Assembly: GCA_965197385.1 (NCBI GenBank)
Contig: CBDANA010000009.1
Coordinates: 788,558-852,557 of the forward strand
Origin: Vicinamibacterales bacterium
GTDB taxonomy: Bacteria; Acidobacteriota; Vicinamibacteria; Vicinamibacterales; UBA823
DNA: 64,000 bases
Direction of reading: 5' to 3'
In this document: positions 50,352 through 59,347 of the stretch, piece after piece
Layout: each line of letters begins with the position of its first letter
Numbering within the stretch: position 1 is the stretch's first letter
Notes under the pieces: generated by a model
What the model saw: only the letters and a program-made list of their open reading frames with translations
What the model was told of the DNA's origin: nothing
The model's database searches: none
Position numbers and translations under genes: made by a program

Positions 50352-52117
50352 AGACTCTTCAGCGCGTCTGCGACCAGCCGTTCCAGCGTTGCGAGGCCGG
50401 CCGCCGCGTCGTCCCCGAGGTGGACGCGCAGCGCTCGCCGCTGCCGCTCGGCCAAGACATCAAAATCCCCTCGCGCCTGCGCCGCCTTGACGACACCGAA
50501 CGAATAGCGCCGCCCCGGAATCGGCAGGTTCCGCGCGTCGTCCGCCGTGACCTGCAGGAACACGCCGCTGTTCGGCCCACCCTTGTACGCCTGGCCGGTC
50601 GAGTGCAAGAAGCGCGGACCGAAGCCGACGCAGGTGGCGACACGCCTCGTGTCGCGGATCGTGTGTCGCATCCTGGACAGCGACGCCTCGTTCGCTTCGT
50701 TCATGTCCACGTAGGCGAGCAACGCGCAGTAGTCACCAGCCTGCAACCGCTTCAGGTGCGTCCCGAGGACCGCCTCCGAGGAGGTTGCGCCACCCGCCTC
50801 CAGCGCCGAACGGTTCACGGGGTCCGCGAACCACTCCAGCCCGTCGGCCTCAACGAACGGAGCTTCCGGCGGCAGACTGCCCTGGCGCTCGAACTGATCG
50901 GTCAGCGCTCGGGTCGCGACCTTGCTCGCTTCGACATCCGGTTGGTCGAACGGATTGATGCCGAGCACCGCGCCCGCGACCGCCGTCGCGATCTCCCATC
51001 GGAAGAACTCACCGGCCAGGTCGTCGTGATCCCGGACCCTAATCCGGATCACCGGATGCCCGGCCGCTTCGATGGCATCCACCGCCTCGTCCTGGGCCGT
51101 CGTGTCATCCGACGCGAGGCGAATCGACACGAATAGCCGGTCGTCGCCGTACACCCCGGGCGCGGTCAGAGACTCGCGGTCCACCGGAATCAGCCCCACC
51201 CCCTTCTTGCCGGTCGATTCGGCAATCAGCTGCTCCAGCCAGGCCCCCAGGGTTCGCACCCCCTCCGACGCGGCAAGCGTCACCTTGTCGCGACCGGCCC
51301 GGCCCGCCACGCCCAGTGCGAGACCCAGGAGCACTCCCGGATTCCCGGTGACCGGCACGTCGGGACCGCACGCCATCACCATCTCGGCCGCCCGCGCGAG
51401 CAGCCGCTCGACACTCAGCCCCATGACGGCGGCCGGCACCAGCCCGAAGTCGGACAGCGCCGAGTAGCGCCCGCCGATGCTCGGGACCCCTGGTGAGACC
51501 GACTGGAATCGACGTCGCCGCGCGATCGCTTCCAGCTTCGAGCCCGGATCCGTGATGGCGAGAAAGTGCTCGCCCGCCCGATCGCCGAGCCGCCGTGCGA
51601 CCTGCTCGTAGAAGTACTCGTAAAAGATGTTTGGCTCGAGCGTGTTGCCCGACTTGCTGGCGACGATGAACAAACAGCGCTCCAGATCCACCGCGGCCTG
51701 CACCCGCGCGACTTGCGCCGGGTCCGTGGAATCCAGCACGTGGAGGCGGGGTGCTCCGTCCACCGGCCCGAAGCTGCGGCTCAGGACGTCCGGACACAGG
51801 CTGGACCCGCCCATGCCGAGCACGACGGCGTCGGTGAAGTCACCGCGCGTGGCCAGACTCGCCAGCGCCCTGAAGTGGCCTGTTCGCGCCTGCTGGGCCG
51901 CCACGATGTCGAGCCAGCCCAGCCAGCCGGACTCGCCCGTCCCGGTCCACAGCGTCGCGTCCTTGCCCCACAGCCGTCCGATGCGGCCCTCCTGCTGCCA
52001 CACCGCCGCTTCGCGTTGCAGTGCCGCCGCGAACGGCTCGGCACCCGAGATGGTTTGACCCGCGATCGCCGTGTCGCTCATCCGGTCATTGGTCATTGGT
52101 CGTTGGGCATTGGGCAT
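50348..52117 (-). CDS. pgi: glucose-6-phosphate isomerase (PGI of the type often fused to transaldolase)
   Basis: Motifs VVLGMGGSSLCP, FIVASKSGNTLEP, GGRYS. The start is ambiguous (several ATGs inside the heptamer repeat). The stop TAG lies in the CTAG at the IS boundary. Confidence 0.8.
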   Translation of the reverse strand: MPNAQRPMTNDRMSDTAIAGQTISGAEPFAAALQREAAVWQQEGRIGRLWGKDATLWTGTGESGWLGWLDIVAAQQARTGHFRALASLATRGDFTDAVVLGMGGSSLCPDVLSRSFGPVDGAPRLHVLDSTDPAQVARVQAAVDLERCLFIVASKSGNTLEPNIFYEYFYEQVARRLGDRAGEHFLAITDPGSKLEAIARRRRFQSVSPGVPSIGGRYSALSDFGLVPAAVMGLSVERLLARAAEMVMACGPDVPVTGNPGVLLGLALGVAGRAGRDKVTLAASEGVRTLGAWLEQLIAESTGKKGVGLIPVDRESLTAPGVYGDDRLFVSIRLASDDTTAQDEAVDAIEAAGHPVIRIRVRDHDDLAGEFFRWEIATAVAGAVLGINPFDQPDVEASKVATRALTDQFERQGSLPPEAPFVEADGLEWFADPVNRSALEAGGATSSEAVLGTHLKRLQAGDYCALLAYVDMNEANEASLSRMRHTIRDTRRVATCVGFGPRFLHSTGQAYKGGPNSGVFLQVTADDARNLPIPGRRYSFGVVKAAQARGDFDVLAERQRRALRVHLGDDAAAGLATLERLVADALKSL

Positions 52118-52120
52118 TGG
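52086..52120. repeat. 5 tandem heptamers (NCATTGG)
   Basis: TCATTGG TCATTGG TCGTTGG GCATTGG GCATTGG. It spans the stop of 52093..53559 and the candidate starts of pgi. Confidence 0.8.
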
Positions 52121-53559
52121 GTAAGTCGCGCCACCAGATCGGGAAGGAACTCGCTAGCCACGTCGTAGCAGTAGCGGAGCCGCCGTGAGGTGGACAGCTC
52201 ACGCGAAACGATCAGGTAGGGCTTGTGCGGCGCCTCACCGTCGCCGCTCCACGTGTCATCAGGACGCTGCTGAATCTCGACCGGCAATATCTCGCACGTC
52301 ACCCAGTCGGGCGACGTCAGGTACGCAATGGCCAAAGTGTCGAACGGATGAAAACCGGGCGACCCGAACTCGCGCACCCACAGGTCGAGCCAGTCGGCCA
52401 GCGGCTCGTGAAACCAGCCGAGCACTGCCCGCCCCTCGGCCAGGCGAGCCGCGTCCTCAGGCGTGAACAGGACCTTAGACGAGATCTCGAACGGCGCCAG
52501 CGTGAGCGGCACCTCCGTGTCGAGCAGGGCCTGAAACCCCTCGGCGTCGAGCTCGAAATTCAGATCTCGGAGCGCTCGCGCGTCCAGCCGCGCGCCCACC
52601 GTGAACCGCTCGCCCGGCCGCCGGCCCGCCACGGCGACGATCTCCTCGACCTGCCCGGCCAGCTCTGAATGGTTCAGGAGCACCGTCGCCACGTTCGTGA
52701 CCGGGCCGATCGCCACCAGGGTCAGCCGCTCCCGTCGGAGCGCCGCCACCATCGCGCGCGTCGCCGCCGTCTCGACCCCCAGCGCGTCGCTTCCCGCCGC
52801 CCCTTCGAACACCTCCAGACCGGACGGACCGAACCGGCGGACGACCTCCTGGCCGATCGGATAGGTGCGATCCAGCGGCGCGTTACCGAAAACGGTGCTC
52901 ACACCGCGCACCTCCAGTTCCGGTGAGTGAAACGCCTGCACCAGCGCCAAGCCGTCATCCACTTCGTGGCCGCCCGGGGCAACCGACGTGTCGGCGTCGA
53001 TCCAGACAGCTCGAACGTTCGCCTCGCCGACCTCCGGTCTGTCGTCGACTCTTGTCCAGCGGGTGGTCCGACCGAACAGCGAGAAGCCGACGTAGCCACG
53101 TAGCTTCAGCCGGTCATCGGCCTCGAGCTCCAGCTTGCACTTGTAGGTCTTCCCGTTCCTCGGATCGTAGATGCGCGCGTCGGTCCAGACGCCGTCGTCG
53201 TTCGGGACGCGCGGTACCCTGGTCAGAATCGTCAGGCCGAGCACCGGACCCTCGCGCAGCGCAGCCTCTCGGTTCTCGACGTCACGCCGCGGGCGCCCTC
53301 CCGCGTCGAGCGACTCCTCGAGCCACACGATGCGCCCGCATAAGTCGCCATCGCCGCAGGGCTCCACGCGCACCTGCGCCGCACCATCTTCAACCAGCCA
53401 CAGACCGATGATGCCGTCGCCCGCCCTGGCGCGAGACGCACCGGTCGGGCCGTCCAGACAGCACACCACCCCTATCGCCGCCAGCAGTGCCGACACCGCT
53501 CGGCGCACCGCCCGAGACGTCCGACGTTTCCCTGAGATCGCCAGTCGCACCCTCGTCAT
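52093..53559 (-). CDS. DUF2147-domain / inosine-uridine-preferring nucleoside hydrolase fusion protein
   Basis: The N-terminus has a signal plus a DUF2147-like region (GLWLVEDGAAQVRVEPCG..LCGRIVWL..IYDPRNGKTYKCKLEL..LKLRGY). The C-terminus has an IUNH-like region (WIDADTS..DDGLALVQAFHSPELEVRGVSTVFGN). Confidence 0.6.
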   Translation of the reverse strand: MTRVRLAISGKRRTSRAVRRAVSALLAAIGVVCCLDGPTGASRARAGDGIIGLWLVEDGAAQVRVEPCGDGDLCGRIVWLEESLDAGGRPRRDVENREAALREGPVLGLTILTRVPRVPNDDGVWTDARIYDPRNGKTYKCKLELEADDRLKLRGYVGFSLFGRTTRWTRVDDRPEVGEANVRAVWIDADTSVAPGGHEVDDGLALVQAFHSPELEVRGVSTVFGNAPLDRTYPIGQEVVRRFGPSGLEVFEGAAGSDALGVETAATRAMVAALRRERLTLVAIGPVTNVATVLLNHSELAGQVEEIVAVAGRRPGERFTVGARLDARALRDLNFELDAEGFQALLDTEVPLTLAPFEISSKVLFTPEDAARLAEGRAVLGWFHEPLADWLDLWVREFGSPGFHPFDTLAIAYLTSPDWVTCEILPVEIQQRPDDTWSGDGEAPHKPYLIVSRELSTSRRLRYCYDVASEFLPDLVARLTQCPMPNDQ

Positions 53560-53621
53560 CTTTTCGCTATTATGCCGCGTTCTGCTTTTTTTAGGAGACC
53601 TGCATCCTGGGAGATACTTCC

Positions 53622-54996
53622 ATGCCTGCCAAATACGACGCCCTGATCATCGGCACCGGCCAGGCCGGCCCAGCCCTGGCGCATCGCCTCGCGGCCGCCG
53701 GCTGGAAGACCGCCGTCGTCGAGCGGCACAAGTTCGGCGGCACCTGCGTAAACACCGGCTGCATCCCGACGAAGACGCTGGTCGCCAGCGCCCGCGCCGC
53801 CTACGTGGCTCGGCGCGCCGTCGACTACGGCGTCACCTTCGGCGGTGAGGTGTCGCTGGACATGGCCCGGGTCAAGGCCCGGAAGGACGCCATCTCCAGC
53901 AAGTCGAGCCAGGGTCTCGAACGATCCCTCAAGACACTCGAGCACGCAACCGTCTACGAGGGGCATGCGTGCTTCACCGGCCCCCACACGGTTGCGGTGG
54001 GTGACCAGACGCTCGAGGCGGAGCGCATCTTCATCAACGTCGGCGCCCGCGCCTTCGTCCCCGACATGCCGCTTGGCGACGTGCCGTACCTGACCAACTC
54101 CAGCATGGTGGAGGTGGACTTCCTGCCGGAGCATCTCATCGTGATTGGCGGCAGCTACGTCGGCCTGGAGTTCCGCCAGATGTACCGGCGGTTCGGCAAC
54201 AAGGTCACGATCGTCGAACAAGGACCGCGCCTCATCTCGCGGGATGACGAGGACGTGTCGGCCGCCGTGAAGGAGATCCTGGAAGCGGAGGATATCGAGA
54301 TCCGCCTCGATGCCAAGTGCCTGAGCGAGCATCGCGGAACGGCCAGGTCGCCGTCGCCTTGGAGTGCGCGGCAGGCGCACCCGAGGCCGTCGGATCGCAT
54401 CTCCTGCTGGCCGTCGAACGGCGGCCGAACACCGACGACCTCGGCCTCGATCTCGCTGGTGTCGAAACCAACGCACGCGGTTACATCACCGTGGACGACC
54501 AGCTGCGCACCAACGCGGACGGCATCTGGGCGCTGGGCGACTGCAATGGCCAGGGAGCCTTCACGCACACGTCGTACAACGACTTCGAGATCGTTGCGGC
54601 GAATTGCTGGACGACGACCCGCGGCGCGTCAGCGACCGGATTCTGATCTACGGCCTGTTCATCGACCCGCCGCTCGGCCGAGCCGGCATGACCGAGACCC
54701 AGGTCCGCGCCTCTGGAAAGAAGGCGCTCATCGCCAAGCGGCCGATGTCGCGCATCGCACGGGCGATCGAGCGCGGCGAGACGCAGGGGTTCATGAAGAT
54801 CCCGGTGGATGCCGACTCGAAGCTGATTCTCGGCGCCGCCGTCCTCGGCATCAACGGCGACGAGATCGTCCATTCCATTCTCGACATCATGTACGCCAAG
54901 GTGCCCTACACCGTCATCCAGCGCGCCGTCCACGCCCACCCGATCGTCACCGAGCTCATTCCCACGATACTGGCTGAGCTGAAGCCGCTGGAATGA
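53622..54996 (+). pseudogene. pyridine nucleotide-disulfide oxidoreductase (class I, CxxxxC), twice frameshifted
   Basis: YDALIIGTGQAGP and GGTCVNTGCIPTK occur in frame a up to ~54330. RNGQVAVALEC...GIWALGDCNGQGAFTH is in frame b. LLDDDPRRVSDRI...HAHPIVTELIPT is in frame c. The second shift sits at a short T run (AATTGCTGG). Confidence 0.8.
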
Positions 54997-54997
54997 C

Positions 54998-55756
54998 GTG
55001 ATGCCTTTTCCCGCCGATCGCGTCGCGCCGCTCGTCGAGCGCCTGCAGAGCGCAGCCCGCGTCACCCTCCTCACCAGCGCCGGCGTGTCGGTGGCCAGTG
55101 GTATCCCGACGTTCCGCGGCACGAACGGGTTATGGAGACGGCACCGCCCAGAGTCGCTCGCGACGCCGGAAGCGTTCGCGAAGGATCCGAAGCTCGTCTG
55201 GGAGTGGTACGTCTGGCGCCGCCGGAAGGTCGCCGCGTGCAAGCCGAACCTCGCTCATGAGGTCATCGCCGCCTGGAGCCGGCGCTACCCCGCGTTCAGC
55301 CTCATCACCCAGAACGTAGATGGGCTGCACGAGCTGGCCGGCACGACCAACGTCTTGCGCATGCACGGCTCGCTCTGGGAGATGTCCTGCTGGGACCAGT
55401 GCGCCGGCTCCCCAGGCCGCTGGGAGGATCGTCGGACCGAGCTCGACGCGCTGCTGCCCCGCTGCCCGCACTGCCTGGGCCTCCTCCGACCTGGCGTCGT
55501 CTGGTTCGGCGAGTCGCTCGACTCGGACGTGTTGCGCCAATGCGACGCCGCGCTCGACTGCGACATCTTCATGACGATCGGCACCTCGTCGGTCGTCTAC
55601 CCGGCGGCCTCGCTCGCGCCGGAGGCCAAGCGACGCGGCGCGTTCACCGTCGAGATCAACCCGGAGGCGACGCTGGCGTCGAACGTCCTGAATCTGTCGA
55701 TACGGCAATCGGCCGAATCCGCGCTCGCGGCCATCGAACAGCGCCTGGCAGGCTAA
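54998..55756 (+). CDS. cobB: NAD-dependent protein deacylase (Sir2 family)
   Basis: Motifs GVSVASGIPTFRG, ITQNVDGLH, Zn ribbon C..C...CPHC, TIGTSSVVYPAA. Confidence 0.85.
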   Translation: MMPFPADRVAPLVERLQSAARVTLLTSAGVSVASGIPTFRGTNGLWRRHRPESLATPEAFAKDPKLVWEWYVWRRRKVAACKPNLAHEVIAAWSRRYPAFSLITQNVDGLHELAGTTNVLRMHGSLWEMSCWDQCAGSPGRWEDRRTELDALLPRCPHCLGLLRPGVVWFGESLDSDVLRQCDAALDCDIFMTIGTSSVVYPAASLAPEAKRRGAFTVEINPEATLASNVLNLSIRQSAESALAAIEQRLAG

Positions 55757-55949
55757 CGCCGTCGGGTCACGGCGTTGCCAGTGCGCCGCGCTCTTGATCG
55801 CGTGTCATCGTGAGGGAGGTTCTGACATGTCCGACCACCGCTCCGAGCGCGAAGGCAACGGCTGGATGTAGCCCATTCGCGGGACTGAGGGTCCCGCGCT
55901 ACACCGACCTCTACGGAGACCGGCGCGCCCCTGTCCCGGCGACCGGCCG

Positions 55950-56777
55950 GTGCATACGCGCGTGGGTGTTGACACATTGAAATTAGGCGAGCACGTGCCG
56001 GTGCTGACCAACGAGCAGCGTGACGCGTTCGACGAGCTAGGCTTCGTCCGCCTGCCCGGCGCGTTCTCGTCAGCCGAGGCGGTCGCCATGGCGGACCGGA
56101 TCTGGGCAACCCTCGGCGAGCGGCACGGCGTCCGGCGCGAGGCGCCCGAGACCTGGTCGGTCGAGCAGGCCACCGGGCTCCAGGACCTGAAGGCGGACGT
56201 CGTCTTCGATCCGATCGGCGGACCGGCACTCACCGGCGCGCTCGACGAGCTCTTGGGCTCGGGCGCCTGGAAGCGACCCCAGCAATGGGGGCAATTTCTC
56301 GTGACGTTTCCTCCGCGAGGCGCAGAGACCGCCCTGCCGTCCGCCGCGCTCTGGCACGCCGACTTCGACTTCCTGTCGCCACCGGACCAGCTCGCCGGTG
56401 CGCTGGTCTTCAGCTTCCTCTCGGCGGTACCAGCCCACTCGGGCGGCACCGCAATTCTCCTGGGCTCTCATCGAGTGATTGCGCAGTTCGTCGCCCGCCA
56501 GGCTCGTGAAGCGCTGCAACCGATGAAACGCGTGCGCAAAGCTTACATGCAGAGCGACCCGTGGCTGGAGGCCCTCGTCAAGGCCCGGGGGGCCGACTGG
56601 CTCGAGCGGCGTCTGGGCAGCGAAGCGACGATCGACGGCATCCGCGTTCGGGTCGACGAGTTGACCGGTGCTGCGGGCGACGTCGTCATCGGGCACCCGT
56701 GGCTGCTGCACGCCCCGGCGCCGAACCGTGCTACACGGCCGCGATTCATGCGTGTCCAGCGGGTGCACACGGCCTGA
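55950..56777 (+). CDS. phytanoyl-CoA dioxygenase-family Fe(II)/2OG oxygenase
   Basis: LTNEQRDAFDELGFVRLPG, WHADFD and GGTAILLGSH match PhyH patterns. The true start may be downstream (TTG/GTG near 55977-55995). Confidence 0.6.
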   Translation: MHTRVGVDTLKLGEHVPVLTNEQRDAFDELGFVRLPGAFSSAEAVAMADRIWATLGERHGVRREAPETWSVEQATGLQDLKADVVFDPIGGPALTGALDELLGSGAWKRPQQWGQFLVTFPPRGAETALPSAALWHADFDFLSPPDQLAGALVFSFLSAVPAHSGGTAILLGSHRVIAQFVARQAREALQPMKRVRKAYMQSDPWLEALVKARGADWLERRLGSEATIDGIRVRVDELTGAAGDVVIGHPWLLHAPAPNRATRPRFMRVQRVHTA

Positions 56778-56789
56778 TCGGCGTGGGGC

Positions 56790-58091
56790 TCACAGCCCGG
56801 TGCTGCGAATCGACGCGTCCAGGATCTGAATCGGGTGCACGACGCGGATCGGCCGACCCGCCGCGCGCGCCGCCGCGGCGAGCTGCAGCAAACAACCAGC
56901 ATTGCCGGTCGCGACGACATCCGCGCTCACCTGGCGCAGTCCCTCGATCTTCCTGACGCCAAGTGCTTCGGCCGCGTCCGGTTGCACGAGGTTGTAGATC
57001 CCGGCGCTGCCGCAGCAGAGCTCGGCTTCGGGCGCCGTCGTCACGACGAGTCCCGGAATCGCCCGCAGCATCTTGCGCGGCGCCTCACGCACCCCCTGCC
57101 CGTGCGCCAGATGACAGGCGTCGTGGTAGACGACGCGCAACGACAAAGAGTGGCGCGGTGTGCGCACCGGTTGCAGGGACTGGACTGCTTCACTGACATC
57201 GCGGACCTTGCTGGAGAATGTCGCCGCGCGACCGGCCCAGGACGCATCGCCGGAGAGGAGACGCCCGTAGTCCTTCATCGCCGACCCGCAGCCGGCCACG
57301 TTGGCGACGACGATCTCCGCCGGCAAACGCTGGAACTCGGCGATCAACCGCCGCGCAAACACCTTCGCCTCCATCTCGCGCCCGGCGTGGAGTGAGAGCG
57401 CGCCGCAACATCCCTGCCCACGCGGCGCGATGACCTCGCATCCCTCGGCCGCCAGGACGTTGACGGTCGCCCGGTTGACGTCACCAAAGAACACGCGCTG
57501 CACACACCCGGTGAGCAGACCGACTGTCGCGCGCTTCGACCCAACCGGGGGTGTGCGCTCGGGGACCGGGTGCCGGTCCGCTGGCCGGTCCGGCGCGAGA
57601 CGCACGAGGGCCCGGAGCCGCGCCGGCAGGCGCTCGAGCCACCCCAGGCGCTCCAATACAGATCGGGTCCGCAACGCCAGGCCGAGTCCGTGTCCGAGCG
57701 CGCGAAGCCGGGCGGGGTACGGCAGGACCGTGAAGAGCAACTGTCGAAACACGCGGTCCGCGACCGGCCGGTCGAACGATCGCTCGATCTCCCCGCGTGT
57801 CGCCTCGATGAGCGGCCCGTACTCAACGCCGGACGGACAGGCCGTGACGCAGGCCAAGCAGCCCAGGCAGGCGTCCATCCGCCGAACGACGGACGAGTCG
57901 AACGACACCCGCCCATCCACCTCGGCCTTCATCAACTGCAGCCGCCCGCGCGGCGAGTCCATCTCCTCGCCCCAGAGGACGTACGTCGGACAGGTCGGCA
58001 GGCAGAAGCCGCAGTGCACGCACGAGGCCAGCTGCGCTCGACGGTCGGCGGCGCTGGAATCAGTCAGGCTGTACCCTCCTCCAGCGTCCAT
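56790..58091 (-). CDS. glcF: glycolate oxidase iron-sulfur subunit
   Basis: CVHCGFCLPTCPTY and CLGCLACVTACPSGV 4Fe-4S motifs plus two CCG domains. Confidence 0.8.
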   Translation of the reverse strand: MDAGGGYSLTDSSAADRRAQLASCVHCGFCLPTCPTYVLWGEEMDSPRGRLQLMKAEVDGRVSFDSSVVRRMDACLGCLACVTACPSGVEYGPLIEATRGEIERSFDRPVADRVFRQLLFTVLPYPARLRALGHGLGLALRTRSVLERLGWLERLPARLRALVRLAPDRPADRHPVPERTPPVGSKRATVGLLTGCVQRVFFGDVNRATVNVLAAEGCEVIAPRGQGCCGALSLHAGREMEAKVFARRLIAEFQRLPAEIVVANVAGCGSAMKDYGRLLSGDASWAGRAATFSSKVRDVSEAVQSLQPVRTPRHSLSLRVVYHDACHLAHGQGVREAPRKMLRAIPGLVVTTAPEAELCCGSAGIYNLVQPDAAEALGVRKIEGLRQVSADVVATGNAGCLLQLAAAARAAGRPIRVVHPIQILDASIRSTGL

Positions 58092-59347
58092 CGGCCGGGA
58101 CTGAGAATCCCCTCCGGATCAAACTCTCGCTTGACCGCCGCCATCACACGCGCCGCATCGCCCAAGCTCCCCCACGAATCGACAGCGGTTCGCAGATCTG
58201 CCGGGGCGCGCAAGAGCACGGCGTGACCGTCACGTGGTTGCACCTGCTGCCTCATGGTCTCGACGACCCGCCTCACCGCGGCCGCCTCCCCCTCCATCCG
58301 CACGTGCAGGATCCCGACACGCGCGCGACCGGCCACCTGTCCCTGCACCGACAGCCCCTCCAGCAACGCGTGAAACCGGTCGAGAAACCCGGCCAGGTCA
58401 GCCGGGCGCAGCCCCACCCGGCACACGACGCCCCCCGGACGCCAGATGGAATCGTGGTGCGCTTTCCACCGCTCCGCCTCCGCTGCACCGGTCAGCACCC
58501 GAACCGAGGCGGCCCACTGCCGGACCAGCGCCGAGGCTACCGCGACCTGCCGCTCGGCGGCCTCGGGAGACGTCTCGAAGCGCGCCAGGATCGAGAACGG
58601 CGGGCCCTGCACCTCCACCGCGCTCGGCGTCAGTTGACTCGATGTGAGGGCGTCGACCGCTTGGGCCGCCTCGGCCGCCGACAGGTCCCCCGCCACCAGG
58701 GTCCTGGACGCCGGCGCAACTGGCGCCAGCTTGAAGGTCGCCTCAATCATCACGCCTAGCGCCCCGAACGAGCCGGTCAGCAGCCTCGCCAGGTCGTAGC
58801 CCGCTACGTTCTTGACCACGGCACCACCAGCCGTGGCCATCTCGCCGTCGCTCCGGACGAACCGCACGCCGAGGATGAGATCCCGAGGGGCGCCATGCTG
58901 GTGGCGGCGCGGCCCAGCGTCGTTCGTCGCCACGATCCCGCCAATCGTCGCGCGGTCCGGACAGGCGGGATCGAGCGGCAGCCACTGCCGGTGGCGCCCA
59001 AGGATCCGGTTCACCTCGACCAGCCGGGCGCCCGCCTGGACGGTAGCGGTCAGATCCCCCGGGCGGTGCGCCACCACCGCATCGAGCCGGCGTGTGGATA
59101 GCAGGATGTCGATTCGTGGCGGGATCGCACCCCAGTCGAGCTTCGTACCAGCGCCGCTCGGCATCACGGCGAGCCGACGCCCCCGCGCCCAGCGCAGCGT
59201 CTCCGCCACCCGGGCGGCATCGCCCGGCGTGACGAGAATCGACGGGACGACGGTCCCGACCGCCGACCCGGGTGTCCCGAGCTCAACCGCATCCTCCCCC
59301 GCAACCCGCGCCGCGACGCCCGCCAGTTCGGAGGCCTCGGCGCGCAT
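58064..59347 (-). CDS. glcE: glycolate oxidase FAD-binding subunit
   Basis: FAD-binding PCMH-type domain (VMPSGAGTKLDWG). Start taken at the ATG overlapping the glcD stop, within track ORF 58064..59476. Confidence 0.7.
   Translation of the reverse strand: MRAEASELAGVAARVAGEDAVELGTPGSAVGTVVPSILVTPGDAARVAETLRWARGRRLAVMPSGAGTKLDWGAIPPRIDILLSTRRLDAVVAHRPGDLTATVQAGARLVEVNRILGRHRQWLPLDPACPDRATIGGIVATNDAGPRRHQHGAPRDLILGVRFVRSDGEMATAGGAVVKNVAGYDLARLLTGSFGALGVMIEATFKLAPVAPASRTLVAGDLSAAEAAQAVDALTSSQLTPSAVEVQGPPFSILARFETSPEAAERQVAVASALVRQWAASVRVLTGAAEAERWKAHHDSIWRPGGVVCRVGLRPADLAGFLDRFHALLEGLSVQGQVAGRARVGILHVRMEGEAAAVRRVVETMRQQVQPRDGHAVLLRAPADLRTAVDSWGSLGDAARVMAAVKREFDPEGILSPGRWTLEEGTA

Noticed and set aside
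55827-55900. A 14-codon ORF (MSDHRSERGNGWM-like, ATG ~55827) with a strong GGGAGG RBS, followed by a GCGGGAC...GTCCCGC hairpin, upstream of the PhyH-family gene.
   Set aside because: It is too short and has no comparative support. It could equally be chance in the sirtuin/PhyH intergenic region, and no U-tract follows the hairpin.
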